Positions 30,101 through 34,000 are shown, numbered from the stretch's first letter. The stretch is 64,000 nt of DNA from Candidatus Omnitrophota bacterium (GCA_043826565.1 JBDRPX010000004.1:103604-167603); one strand, 5' to 3'. Program-made: numbers and translations. The notes: generated from the sequence alone by a model not told the origin.

Positions 30101-33013
30101 AGCGGCACGACTTATCCGAACGTGATTAACGCGTCTGCTCCAAATGGTGCCGGTGGTGCGGGAAGTTACAGCTATGCCTGGACCATTCCGGATGATATTT
30201 CACAAACAGTTCGGGTAAAAGTTGAAGATCCTAATGACAATACCGTGTTTGATATTTCTAATGCTAATTTGAAGATCCGGGGTAATCTGACTTTGACTTC
30301 TCCGAGTGGAGGAGAACGCTGGGTAACCAGAGAAGATAGAAATATTACCTGGACTACAGTTGGTTCTATTGCGAATGTAAGGCTAGAATATTCTATCAAT
30401 AGCGGAGCAACCTATCCGTTTGTAATCGCGGTTTCCACGATAAACGCTGATTTTTACACTTGGTCAGTTCCGGATAACCGTTATCCTACAGTAAGAGTCA
30501 GACTTGAAGACGCCAGCGATGATACAGTAGCTGATGAATCAAATGCTGATTTTACGATTGATTACTACTCAGTTACCTGGGAACTTCGTGATTTGTTGAC
30601 CAATGAACATATTAGTCAGCTTGTAGTCGATGGTAGTTCAACTAAAGGTGATGGATGGGCAACTGACAATATGCCGGGTAATCCGGGTGTGCCGCTTGGT
30701 TCTCCGGTAACGGTGGAATTGCCGTATGGTTTGTGGACCATGGTCTGGACATGTGTAGGGTATGGTGATAAGCAGTATACGTTTGAGCTTAATGCTGATA
30801 AGGTATTAGATCCGCTGTATATGGAAACTACGGTAATCCATATCTGGCGTGCATATTCAGAGTTTACCTATGAAACAGGAACCGATACTTTGAAAGTGAC
30901 TTCCTGGCTGGAACGTGACGGATATGTAGTATCAGGTGCGGAACATGTGGATCTGTTTATTTATGAGGAAACCGGTGATTTGATCAACCGGGTCACTCGT
31001 AACTACATAGATAAAGATGGTGTGCCGCAGACTGTAAATTGTACGATGACTTCCTCAACTCCGAACACTGCGGGATTTTTCAACCTTAATTGGGCAAGTT
31101 GCGGTTTGCAGGATCAGAAAGTATATTCAGTAGTAACGTATATTACCAATGCCAGCGGCGCGCTGTTTAAAACGCCAACATCGTTCAGTATTACTGCGAC
31201 TAAGCAGTTGAAAGAAACGCAGGATGCAATGACAACTTTGACCGGAACGACATTCCCGGGTTTCCAGACATCAATTGAAAATACGATCAATACAGCCACG
31301 GCCCAGCAGACGGCAACGATCAATGCCGCTACAGCAGCCCAAAAGCAAACTTTAGAAACCGGTATTGATGAGCAGAAGACAATGATTGAGACTAAGATGA
31401 ACCAGCAGACAGAATTGATCGATACAAAGACCGATGAAATGCAGGCATCCATGGATGCGACGCTGACTAGTTTTGAAGAAAGAACCGATGAAACTGTTAA
31501 GCAGCTGCAGACTGGTGCGGATACGGCAATTAAGGCCGGTCAGGAACTCGAAGCAACGGCTAAACGTCAGTCCGGTGAATTAATCCTGCCGAATACTGTA
31601 TTGGCTGGTGATAGAGTAGAAATCCGCTATCGTAACGATTCCCGGCTGATGCCGTTAATGGATATTATCACTTATGACGGAACCTTGGTTTACAATGCTC
31701 AGCCGTTGATGGAGTCTGCGACAACTGCCGGTTTGTATGGGTTTGACCTTCTTGCCGATGGAAAAACATTCAAGTCGGGAAAAGCGGTTACCGTAGTGGT
31801 AAGAGAAATTAAAACAGGGAATTTGGAAGCCGGATCATTCATGGTAGAGGCAACATCATTAACATCGATTGAAGGTCTGCTGGCAATGAATCCGCAGATG
31901 AAATCCGATGTGCAGGAAGCTTTGAGTTCTATTCAGTCGGTTCAGGGTTCCTTGGCTACCGGCGGTGATGTGGGTAAGGCCTTGAATCAATTACAGCAGA
32001 CAATGGATGATCTGCCGGCTATCCTTGCCGATGAAGTATTCTCCGAAGGCACTGCCGGCGGTGAGATGGTTACTAATATCAATGCCATGGTCGAAAAATT
32101 GATCGGCTTAGCTAGTGAAGAAGGCTATGACATAAGCGGACTGGTAGAAGATGCTTTAAGTAATTCGCCGACGATTAAGGAGATCAGAGAGAAGACAGAA
32201 AAGATCAAGAGCGCGGTTAAATTCCTGCAGGCTTTGTTTGAGCATAAATTCGGCGGTATGGAAGATGAGCCGATTGTTTCGACATCAATGTCCAGCGGCA
32301 GCATCATCCTGAATGTTGTGGCGGCTAATCCGTCCAGCGCGAAACCGCAAAATACAAAAGTAAAAGTATATCTGCCGCAGGAGGTAACGCCTAAAGATAT
32401 TATGGATACCGGCGGATTAGATGTGGAATTTGATGCGACTAAATCTATCTACTATGTATACAAAGATAATATACAACTTGCAGAAAAAGAAATAAGAGTG
32501 TATAAAGTAGAAATAGAAGATATCTGGATGATTTCGCAGTCGACACTTGATATCCTGAAACTAAGATCCGTGAAGTTAGCAGAAGCTTTTGCTAAGACCG
32601 AACATGCCGAACAGATAAGTGAATTAGCAGACCGGATTGCTTCTCAGTTAGAGGATATTAGTGTATCGCAGGCAGATGCTAATGTCAGCAGAGAGCGCCA
32701 TATCGGGATCTATCGTACCAATATGCAGACAATTGAAAGCATAAAGGAAGAACTTACCGATATGGAAAAACTCTCTGTTCAGAAACCGGGAGAAGTCGGA
32801 GCACTGACAAAGTCGATGACGGTGAAGATCATTCTGACGGTAATAGTGTTTATCGCCTTATTGGCCGGTGTATTCTTCTTTACCTGGAATAGAGCCGCGA
32901 GCGCGACAAAAGGGACTTTAGATAAAGCGAAACAGTTTTCTTTCCCCGGAGGTGAAGAGGAGGCTGAAGACGCAGATTCCGACAGAGAAGTTAAAAAGAA
33001 AAAAAGAAAATAG
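6194..33013 (+). CDS. giant repetitive surface protein (8,939 aa): signal peptide, unique N-terminal domain, ~80 tandem beta-sandwich-like modules, coiled-coil domain, C-terminal TM anchor with a charged tail
   Basis: A single uninterrupted ORF of 26,820 nt with a GAGAGGTG RBS. N-terminus MKMKRSIVVMMCMVVFFTIHFAG is a signal peptide. The repeat consensus is TAPNGGExWxVGxxxNITWTxTGSIxNVKLEYSTDGGxTYPNxIxASTxAxxxTYxWTIPDxIGxxLRVKVTDxxDxxVxDxSxxNFxIKG. C-terminal TM is ILTVIVFIALLAGVFFFTW, followed by EEEAEDADSDREVKKKKRK. Confidence 0.8.
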   Translation: MKMKRSIVVMMCMVVFFTIHFAGIDDAKAFQIKRVIRGSYSQAIDEEVTVVDLTSLLGGVNLVPAKTILFYTIDLDDEDAEETFTNVALDSPSDLLISRFTSGTGLTVNYELVEFVSGVKVMRGLTTVPETATIKTVTLPQSIIVNKSYVTVNSNAVRGSNLNEELNTFAAEIVDETTVRFTRTVTTSRFNNTLAYQVVCFEGLDGLGDDVVSVQKGIDILPSPAGGMSLTVGINSVQTDKSLLIFSSRPDTLADGDEDIMCVEGILNDAGGGMSDAILFNRQENNNDDVTLYWFVITFSNETFVQSKTQTFISNSNPNFTIDTAIVPSRSFIQASVSITGGGTSGKEETTHALYITNPTTIDTQCSTTSAYTVKLSWFVTEMPPLEVTYPNGEEIFEVGTTENITWNHSDDVLNTDSMSIDLSINSGSTYPLNVITGVDPTLDTYAWNIPAEISSTGIIGNTIRVKITDTTISARNFDTSDADFIIKGRLIIDQPPDTWRLGETQNITWDVHGSLNSLPTNTMTIMLSTDGGGSFAHTVSAVADPGAGQSDGSAGSGSYGWTIPSDMDGENLIGTDNQIKLILNYDPDAPKTTVTSTSSNFVLKGRIFNVSPASDETWFLGETKSITWDKNGHFGAGIAEGTVDVYYSSNGGLSYGTIVAVSQPAGTDGSGGSYNWTIPNNTPLENPDSKIKVFQTTDTSVYGESANFSLISSLLLDIPSGTGILWKVGTAHDIEWTTAGSVSMVDLLYDSGSGYVLITPAAGIANADVYNWTIPDAISNSVKVKVQDHDNTNIYDESDNLFSIKGSISVTEPHATEITQVSINKVIQWNTTGSVAGTVNIRLSQNGGSSYGSIINSVDVSSGSYSWAPVAGDMGTNNVIKVGLQGDEDPGTGTAGETGVFAVEASIDLTYPDASGLTYGIGDEVYIKWTSNPAAFGNVNIRYSTDGGSNYNGFIADGVASNNVPGGETEIGYKWTIQDVVGMVSPTCRVKVYQVGKLAQVYSESQYDFNVKGTLNLTAPDGGETWYVDQFESITWTKGGDLGTLKLAYSINGGSDGYPATIATSIDADDLSYPWQIPDAIGTQLKVKAIQETDTTTNDVSVGVFTIKGRFSISAPVGGETWYVGTQENIGWTTYGTIDKVNLYYSTDGGGTFGSTIATNLTNAEGYLWTIPDAIDNDIRVRVESFYDNTVAHESTGNFTIKGRVFVTAPNGPEEWRVGATENITWTVYGAIGNVEIRYSTNSGASYDTVIVASTPALNQTYAWTNIPDEIGTSLKVKITSISDGTVNDESDADFELKGVLTLTAPNGAQIWNVGNSENITWTKQGTLGNVELRFSTDSGVTFPVGNVIATGVAATATPHPWTIPDKIGDKLRVRVMLLNDPTNVYDDSDNDFEIKGKLTLTAPNGPEEWGVGTSQAITWARFGSIANVKLEYSTDGGNTFPNTITDSTSASAQTYNWTIPDAIGTSLQVKISDASDGAVSDTSDASFEIKGRLILLHPNGAETLAVNQPYTIDWTTYGTINKVNLYYSINGGSSYDANIVLALNNTGSYGWTIPDAIGSQLRVKINNDDDTTVEDVSNGDFTIKGSVTLTAPNGGQTWIVDDSQNISWSKQGSIGTVQLDYSTNGGTSYDFSIAAGVASGDLSKAWTIPNAISNNVKVKITQESDTSVNDESNAAFEIKGSILVTAPNGAESWSIGGTEDITWIRHGSIGNIQILYSTDSGSTYPFTVTGSTDSSTQTYSWVNIADTPSTTCRVKMTSLSDSSVTDDSNSNFRIRANITLTAPNGLEEWIVGTTENITWTKTGSIPNVALEYSLNSGSTYPKAIVTTSGEALSYTWTIPDDISGLVRVQIRNTSDATVSDTSNADFSIKGSVTMESPDGGEVYVVGSAYDIEWSYVGSIPNVKLEYSINGGSTFPYEIIASTPAVALAYSWTVPDTITGQLVVKVSDAVDSTVDDDSDAYAKIRGSLTITSPNGTESWIIDDIHAVTWTRTGSLGNAKLEYSTDAGATYPNVIIGTIATNLLTHNWTVPDDPSIQVKVKITSLDDSTVTDSSNANFTIKGSLNLTAPDGPETWIVGTTEAITWTKLGSLNLVTLEYSTNGGTTYPNVINNSVSAAALSYNWLIPDVIGTQLRVRITSNDNASVTDVSAANFEIKGSVTLTAPNGSEIWFVGESRNITWTHNGAIGNVSLKYSTDGGSTYPTTITTGVAATNLTYGWTVPDNIGTQLRVEITSVNDSAVTDESNNNFTIKGILLLTSPNGTEEWIVGSSHNITWNRTGSIANVKLEYSTDGGTSYPNEIIASTDAAAGSYGWTIPDSIDTDIRVRVSDALDSSVNDSSNANFTIKGSVTLTAPNGAENWVVASHENITWTKTGTIPTVELRYSLNGGTSYDTVINATVTGSNLTYDWTIPDDISATVKLKITNNNDSTVYDTSNANFKIIGNLVVVAPNGTEEWVVGTSENITWTRTGSIANVKIDYSINSGSTYPNAVVASTGAAGLSYGWTIPNSVYKTIRVRVADASDVNVYDVSNADFTIMPGFQITAPNGSEVWTVANSEDITWITTGSCTNVKLGYSTNSGSTYTDIIASTPNTETYGWTIPDDLSISCKVKVTDVDNANAQDETNGLFKIRGNLTITVPNGAESWDVADVENITWTRFGSIAAAKLELSKDGGSTYPVLIIASTDASLLTYAWTIPDQLTTQGRIKITNTADSTVYDVSNANFAIKGAVTLAAPNGGQDLVVGSAYNITWTRFGSILNVKLEYSTNGGTTYPNLIIAATDATTETYGWGIPDAIGSQLRVRITDVDNSLVSDTSDANFSIKGALELTAPVGGEIWFVNNIEAITWTRTGSIANVKLEYSTDGGSTYPNTIAATVTASLQTYAWTIPDAIGSQLRVKITDTSNATVTDESGSNFYIKGKLTLSAPNGGQTWVVGELRNITWVRTGSIANVKLDYSTDAGTTYPNAIIASTDASTGTYGWTVADAIGTSLKVRVEDATDNTVSDVSDLVFEIKGSLVLTAPNGGQSWVVDTSENITWTKTGTIPLVTLEYSVNGGSSYDTVINNSVTGSDLTYAWTIPDSIGATVKVRITNNDDGTVYDTSNANFKIIGALAVTAPNGTEEWVVGTSENITWTRTGSIANVKIDYSINSGATYPNAVVASTGAAGLSYSWTIPNSVYKTIRVKVADASDVNVYDVSNADFTIMPGFAITAPNGGEVWSVSDSEDITWITTGSCTNVKLEYSTNSGSTYTDIIASTPNTETYGWTIPDNLSISCKVRISDVDNPNAIDTTDGLFKIRGALTLTSPNGFESWDVASVHNITWARFGSVANVKLELSKNSGSTYPVLIIGSTDASILSYSWTIPDQLTTQGRVKITDTSDSTVFDSSNDDFGIKGAVTLTAPNGGQDLVVGSAYNITWTRFGSVLNVKLEYSTNGGTTYPNLIIAATDATTGTYGWGIPDEIGSQLRVKITDAANSLVFDTSDANFSIKGNLLLNTPNGGDIWFVNNIENITWTRTGSIANVKLEYSTNGGSTYPNTIAATVTASLQTYAWTIPDAIGSQLRVKITDTSNSTVTDESNADFYIKGKLVVNVPNGGQTWIVGESRNITWTRTGSIANVKLDYSTDAGTTYPNVIIASTDASTGTYSWTVPDAIGANLKVRVEDATDNTVVDVSDAVFEIKGSLTLTAPNGGQSWVVDTSENITWTKTGTIANVELRYSIDGGTGYDYVIIASTPGANLTYAWTIPDDIGATVKVKVTDVSDSSVYDTSNANFKIVGALAVTAPNGTEEWVVGTSENITWTRTGSITNVKIDYSINSGATYPNAVVASTGAAGLSYSWTIPNSVYKTVRVRVADASDVNIYDVSDANFTIMPSFAITAPNGGEVWDVASSRDIEWTTTGDCTNVKLEYSVNSGSTYTDIIALTPNTEIYSWTIPDNLSISCKIRISDVDNTNAIDTTDGLFKIRGALTLTAPNGFESWDVADVENITWTRFGSVANVKLELSKDSGSTYPVMIIASTDASLLTYAWTIPDELTTTGRVKITSTADSTVLDSSNNNFAIKGSLLLTAPNGAEELVVGNAFNVTWNRFGSIMSVKLEYSTNSGTTYPNLIIAATDATTGTYGWGVPDDLSITVRVKVSDVDNALVYDTSDANFIIKGSLTLTAPNGGNIWFVNDVQNITWTKTGSIANVKLEYSTDAGSTYPNTIAATVDAALGTPYAWTIPDAIGSQLMVKVTDTSNATVTDVSNGTFYIKGKLVLNAPNGGQVWVVGESRSITWTRTGSISNVKLDYSTDGGTTYPNAIIASTDASTGTYGWTVADAIGASLKVRVSDAADSTVNDVSDAVFEIKGSILLTAPNGSEVWEVNSVQNITWTKTGTIPTVELRYSKNAGTSYDYIINASVSGAALTYAWTVPDEIGATTRVRITNNDDTSVYDTSNSNFKIVGVLVVTSPNGGQEWVVGTSQNITWTRTGSIANVKIDYSINSGSTFPLAVVASTPAAGLNYAWTIPNSVYKTIRIRVADASDVSVYDDSNADFTIMPAFNITAPDGGEVWDVASSQDITWATTGSCTNVKLEYSVNSGSTYNEIIASTPNTELYAWTIPDNLSISCKIRITDVDNPNAQDATTGLFKIRGALTLTAPNGFESWDVASVHNITWTRFGSVANVKLELSKDSGSTYPIMIIASTDASLLTYAWTIPDELTTTGRVKISSTADSSVLDSSNNDFAIKGAVTVTAPNGGQDLVVGSAYNITWTRFGSIMNVKLEYSTNSGTTYPNLIIAATDATTGTYGWGVPDDLSTTVRIKVTDAGNALVFDSSDADFTIKGSLTLTAPNGGNIWFVNDVQNITWTKTGSIPTVKLEYSIDGGSTYPNMIAATVDAALGTPYAWTIPDAIGSQLMVKVTDTSNSSVTDVSNSTFYIKGKLTLTAPNGGQTWIVGESRSITWSRIGSIANVKIDYSTDSGTTFPNAIVASTDASTGTYSWTVADAISTTLKIRVSDASDSTVYDDSNADFEIKGSLTLTVPNGSEVWTVNSVQNITWTKTGTISNVELRYSKDGGSAYDYVIIGSTPGADLSYAWTIPDDICSTTRVKITDVSDAAVYDNSNSNFKIVGAFGVTTPNGGQEWVVGKTESIVWIRTGSIANARIEYSINSGTAYGNLVIASTPAAGLSYGWTLPNAVYKTIRIKVMDASDISVFDTSDADFTIMPEFTITSPDGGEVWDVNSSEDITWSTTGDCTNVKLEYSVNSGSTYTDIIALTPNTETYAWTIPDNLSISCKIRISDVDNPNAIDTTDGLFKIRGALTLTSPNGFESWDVADIENVTWTRFGSVANVKLELSKDSGSTYPVLIIASTDASLLTYAWTIPDQLTINGRVKVTSTADSTVFDRSDADFAIKGALLLTAPNGGEELEVGVPTTVTWNRFGTILNVKLEYSTDAGLTFPGLIIAATPAGTGSYVWSVPDALSPEVRVKVTDVANSLVFDTSDADLTIKGKLTVGGPNGGEVWFVGESRNITWIRSGSIPTVKLEYSTNGGATYPNMIAPSYDASLLSYSWTVPDAISIQIRVKVTDIANTTVADSSNGDFTIKGSLILTAPNGGEEWVVNAVQNISWNRTGSIPTVKLEYSTDAGSTYPNTIIASTSAATGLYAWTIPDAIGTQLRVRISDTSDATVMDTSNLNFIIRGVLLLTAPNGGEAWQIATSKNITWSRTGSVGFVKLQYSLDGGVTFPTTIIASTDASTGTYAWTIPDNPCTTTKVKISDASDSVVADISDVNFKIIGDLTLTTPVGTEQWVIGGPQRKISWTMVGSIANVKLEYSINSGASYDYLINASTPAGALEYYWTIPDTATTTARVKITDASDISVGDTSPADFSIQADFTITAPNGAEVWIVGDSEDITWGTVGSVGNVKLAYSTDGGATYPNVIIASIGNTGTYGWTIPDALSATVRVKVSDVNDAQAFDDSDVNFKIRGDLVLTAPNGGETWIVASSHNVTWTRLGSIPTVKLEYSINGGLTYPNSIIASIAASLGTHNWTIPDNISNQVRVKVTDTSDSTVYDESNSNMFIKGSLTLTVPNGAEEWVVGTGENITWARVGSIANVKLEYSTNSGGTYPNTIIASTDASTGSYAWPIPDVLSTTLRVRVSDVTDVAVNDTSNANFMIKGDLELNSPNGGEIWYVGQSRSVTWTRTGSIASVKLEYSTDSGTTFPNTIISSTDASTGTYAWSVPDAISENLRVRVTDTSNATVFDDSNLDFTVKGVLLLNAPNGGETWVVAASQNITWTPTGTISNVKLEYSTDGGNTYPNTIIASTPGMVGTYAWTVADSIGANAKVRVSDAADASVYDVSNATFTIKGSLVVTSPNGAEVWGVATAHNITWSRTGSISTVKIEYSTDGGSTYPNTIAATADAATGSYGWTIPDDISSQVRVKITDNSDATVFDASNVNFKIVGILDLISPDGGEMWEVNTNHNITWTRVGSIANVRLDYSVNSGATYPNAIVASTPAGALSFTWTIPDAVSKTVRVRIADALDINVFDASTADMTIMAQFNITAPDGGEVWTVASSHDITWGTTGTVTTVVLDYSTDGGATYPNNITGSAANTGSFPWTIPDAISSQVKVRVSDYNNVDASGASDANFKIRGGVTVTSPNGSESWMVGNSQNITWSIIGSIANVKLEYSTDGGATYPFTIIGSVDATSGTYAWIIPDNISTSARVKVTDATDSTVYDTSNNNFIIRGGLIVNIPNGAEDWQIESVQNITWMRTGSIQNIKIEYSTNGGSTYPNVIVNSFDASLATYPWMIPDTITNLARVRITDVDNAAVYDTSDNNFKIKGALVVNTPNGAEVWEVTTSHAITWSRTGSISNIRLDYSTDSGATFPNAIAASLNAALGTYAWTIPDNISSAVRVRATNISDALVYDDSDADFKIVGQLLLSSPDGGEVWPVGSSQSVIWSPIGSIVNVKLDLSTNGGVSFPTVIAASLTASDGSYNWTVPDTISQTARIKVSDVSEPSIVFDTSDGNFKIRGDLLLTSPNGSEVWLINSNHNITWTRFGSITNARLEYSKDSGTTFPNLIVGSVDASLQTYNWLTPDDAGIQLRVRVSDAADSTVYDISDGNFIIRGGFSLTAPNGAERWAVGTEHDITWSTFGTIVNVRLTYSSNNGSTWTSIIGSTPNTDMYPWTIPDRISSQCLVKVADVVDADANDQSDAVFTIHGALTVTAPNGGEAWQVASGKTITWTRTGAVVNVKLEYSTNGGSTYPNLIVASTSGAAGTYAWTVPDAITDSVRVRISDADDALVIDTSDGNFKIVAGFSITAPNGGETLVVAASENITWTTLGTVGNVRLDYSTNAGTSWTIITATTINAETYPWTVPDAISEQCRVRVMDVTDSSAFDISNNNFKIRGNLTLTSPNGGEEWAVGTNQLITWSRVGSISTVMLEYSDNAGGIYVPITNNALNTGSYSWAVPDAITTQALVRITNVADLSVTDVSDGQFKIQGSFTLTSPNGGEAWFVGSSQNINWTWNGTVPFIKLELSTNGGSTYNLVSDNVANIGTYAWTIPDQVSGTCRIMISDATDADANDTSNGNFRIRCKFTIANPNGSEQWRVGQTRAINWSNVGTSSTVNLAYSRDGFGADSQTIATGIVNAGTHNWTIPDSISETVRVRVSDPTDAGAYDDSNNDFRITGDFTVTSPNGGEMWDVNSAHDITWTWQGTMPQVRIEYSTDGGASYPNIITATDNDGTYEWTVPDSITAQMRVRVSDLADLTAADNSNSNAKIKAQFLLIEPNGGEIFTVSDTTDITWTSVGTVPNVNLQYSTNGFITPVSIISATANDGSYTWTIPDAISTNVTVRVMSSTDNDAYDISNAAFKIQGDLAITAPNGGEQWAINQVNNITWNTTGSIANVQILYSINSGVSYPYSITASVANTNSYGWTVPDTATANARIRIIDVADATISDDSDANFRIQGYFSVTSPNGAESWIVNDVHNITWNWGGTLPFVHLSYSTDSGTTYPNVINASAPNGAGGAGSYSYAWTIPDDISQTVRVKVEDPNDNTVFDISNANLKIRGNLTLTSPSGGERWVTREDRNITWTTVGSIANVRLEYSINSGATYPFVIAVSTINADFYTWSVPDNRYPTVRVRLEDASDDTVADESNADFTIDYYSVTWELRDLLTNEHISQLVVDGSSTKGDGWATDNMPGNPGVPLGSPVTVELPYGLWTMVWTCVGYGDKQYTFELNADKVLDPLYMETTVIHIWRAYSEFTYETGTDTLKVTSWLERDGYVVSGAEHVDLFIYEETGDLINRVTRNYIDKDGVPQTVNCTMTSSTPNTAGFFNLNWASCGLQDQKVYSVVTYITNASGALFKTPTSFSITATKQLKETQDAMTTLTGTTFPGFQTSIENTINTATAQQTATINAATAAQKQTLETGIDEQKTMIETKMNQQTELIDTKTDEMQASMDATLTSFEERTDETVKQLQTGADTAIKAGQELEATAKRQSGELILPNTVLAGDRVEIRYRNDSRLMPLMDIITYDGTLVYNAQPLMESATTAGLYGFDLLADGKTFKSGKAVTVVVREIKTGNLEAGSFMVEATSLTSIEGLLAMNPQMKSDVQEALSSIQSVQGSLATGGDVGKALNQLQQTMDDLPAILADEVFSEGTAGGEMVTNINAMVEKLIGLASEEGYDISGLVEDALSNSPTIKEIREKTEKIKSAVKFLQALFEHKFGGMEDEPIVSTSMSSGSIILNVVAANPSSAKPQNTKVKVYLPQEVTPKDIMDTGGLDVEFDATKSIYYVYKDNIQLAEKEIRVYKVEIEDIWMISQSTLDILKLRSVKLAEAFAKTEHAEQISELADRIASQLEDISVSQADANVSRERHIGIYRTNMQTIESIKEELTDMEKLSVQKPGEVGALTKSMTVKIILTVIVFIALLAGVFFFTWNRAASATKGTLDKAKQFSFPGGEEEAEDADSDREVKKKKRK
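7340..30550 (+). repeat. intragenic tandem repeat array, ~285-nt (95-aa) unit in ~80 copies, with a ~1.99-kb (7-unit) super-repeat present ~5 times between ~13.5 and 23.4 kb
   Basis: Direct reading shows the same 95-aa module recurring. Blocks starting near 13500, 15480, 17465, 19450 and 21440 are nearly identical at the nucleotide level. Confidence 0.85.
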
Positions 33014-33198
33014 GATTTGATGTTAAGCAAGGAGGCGGACCATTGTCAGGATTAAGATGGCAGAGGGCAGATGACAGGAGTCAGTATTCAGAAAGTATAG
33101 TTCAGATATTTGGAAGCAAATGTTTGAAAAATATATTCTGTCTACTGGCTTCTTTTTTTCTGACTTCTGTTTTCTGATTTCTGTCTTCCGTAAAAAAT

Positions 33199-33450
33199 AT
33201 GGAAGCAAAATTACTAAGTGTTACTGTTTTAAGTCCGGAGAAGATTGTCTTTAAGGGGAAAGCTAAACGAGTTATCCTTCCGGGAGAAAAAGGAGTTTTT
33301 GAAATCCTGCCTTTTCACAAGCGGCTATTAAGCCGTTTACTTTCCGGAACGGTTATTATTGATGAACTAATGATTTCTATTTATCGCGGAGTAGTGCAGG
33401 TCGGAGAAAACAACGTGATGGTGATCATGGAGAATGAAAGAAAAGAATGA
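33199..33450 (+). CDS. atpC: F-type ATPase epsilon subunit, short form lacking the C-terminal helical hairpin
   Basis: LSVTVLSPEKIVFKGKAKRVILPGEKGVFEILPFHKRLLSRL is the epsilon N-terminal beta-sandwich. The product is only 83 aa. Confidence 0.55.
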   Translation: MEAKLLSVTVLSPEKIVFKGKAKRVILPGEKGVFEILPFHKRLLSRLLSGTVIIDELMISIYRGVVQVGENNVMVIMENERKE

Positions 33451-33457
33451 AAAACAG

Positions 33458-33545
33458 CGCATAGCGGGCAGCGTTTAGCGGATAGAAAAAGCAAAAAAAT
33501 AATATTAACTATACGCTATCCGCTCTACGCTAAACGCTATAAACG
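33458..33545 (+). repeat. inverted heptamer-array element of the ACGCT type, copy 2
   Basis: Left arm ATAGCGG GCAGCGT TTAGCGG ATAG, then an A-rich spacer. Right arm CTATACG CTATCCG CTCTACG CTAAACG CTATAAA, then CGGAGTG and ATG 33556. Confidence 0.7.
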
Positions 33546-33555
33546 GAGTGAATTT

Positions 33556-33774
33556 ATGGCCCGGCAAATAATATTACTATTTATTTTCATGCTTTGTATT
33601 TTAGGCCCCTCAGGCGTAATGGCTATTGCCGCTTTTGCCAGTATCTCGGCCCTGGGCCGGAATCCTTCGGCCGCGCCGAAAATTTTTACGGCGATGACAA
33701 TTACCTTAGTTTTTGCGGAAGCGCTGGCAATTGTGGCAATGCTGATAGTTTATCAGCTGTTTATGATGGGGTAA
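33556..33774 (+). CDS. atpE: F-type ATPase c subunit
   Basis: A 72-aa two-helix hairpin with a GRNP loop and a conserved carboxylate in helix 2 (VFAEALAIVAML). GGAGTG RBS lies upstream. Confidence 0.7.
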   Translation: MARQIILLFIFMLCILGPSGVMAIAAFASISALGRNPSAAPKIFTAMTITLVFAEALAIVAMLIVYQLFMMG

Positions 33775-33904
33775 ACAGGTCGCAGGTTGCAGGTTTCAAG
33801 ATATACTGTAACAGTCATAGTTTTTGAGACTTGTGACATGAGACTTGAGACATGAAGAGTGACTTTTTGTGTAATTATAGGTATAATAAGGACATAAGTA
33901 TAAA

Positions 33905-33990
33905 AAATGAGAATTGATAATTGAAAATTGTAAAAGCCAGTCAGTGATTTTCCAATATTCAACATTCAATACTCAATTTTCAAACTCGAT
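33905..33990 (+). repeat. conserved ~80-bp intergenic inverted-heptamer element, copy B
   Basis: TGAGAATTGATAATTGAAAATTGTAAAAG...TTTTCCAATATTCAACATTCAATACTCAATTTTCAAACTCG lies immediately 5' of the atpF-like start at 34001. Confidence 0.7.
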
Positions 33991-34000
33991 GAGGTGATAT

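Noticed and set aside
9530-30399. Dozens of 60-140-aa minus-strand ORFs inside the giant gene (for example 13933..14229, 19828..20181, 24499..24918)
   Set aside because: They are antisense shadow ORFs. The repeat modules have a stop-poor reverse frame, and their translations are periodic low-complexity mirrors of the + strand repeats. No RBSs are present, and they sit inside a continuous 26.8-kb + strand ORF.
6194-33013. Giant ORF as an assembly artefact of collapsed or concatenated repeats
   Set aside because: This cannot be excluded without reads. However, the frame is maintained over 26.8 kb. Repeat copies show graded divergence with higher-order structure, unique N- and C-terminal domains are in frame, and a signal peptide and membrane anchor sit at the expected ends. 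All of this argues for a real gene. Exact copy number remains uncertain.
33594-33827. 77-aa + strand ORF in an alternative frame over atpE
   Set aside because: It overlaps the atpE c-subunit gene, which has the conserved hairpin and carboxylate. The translation is Cys/Gly-rich nonsense.
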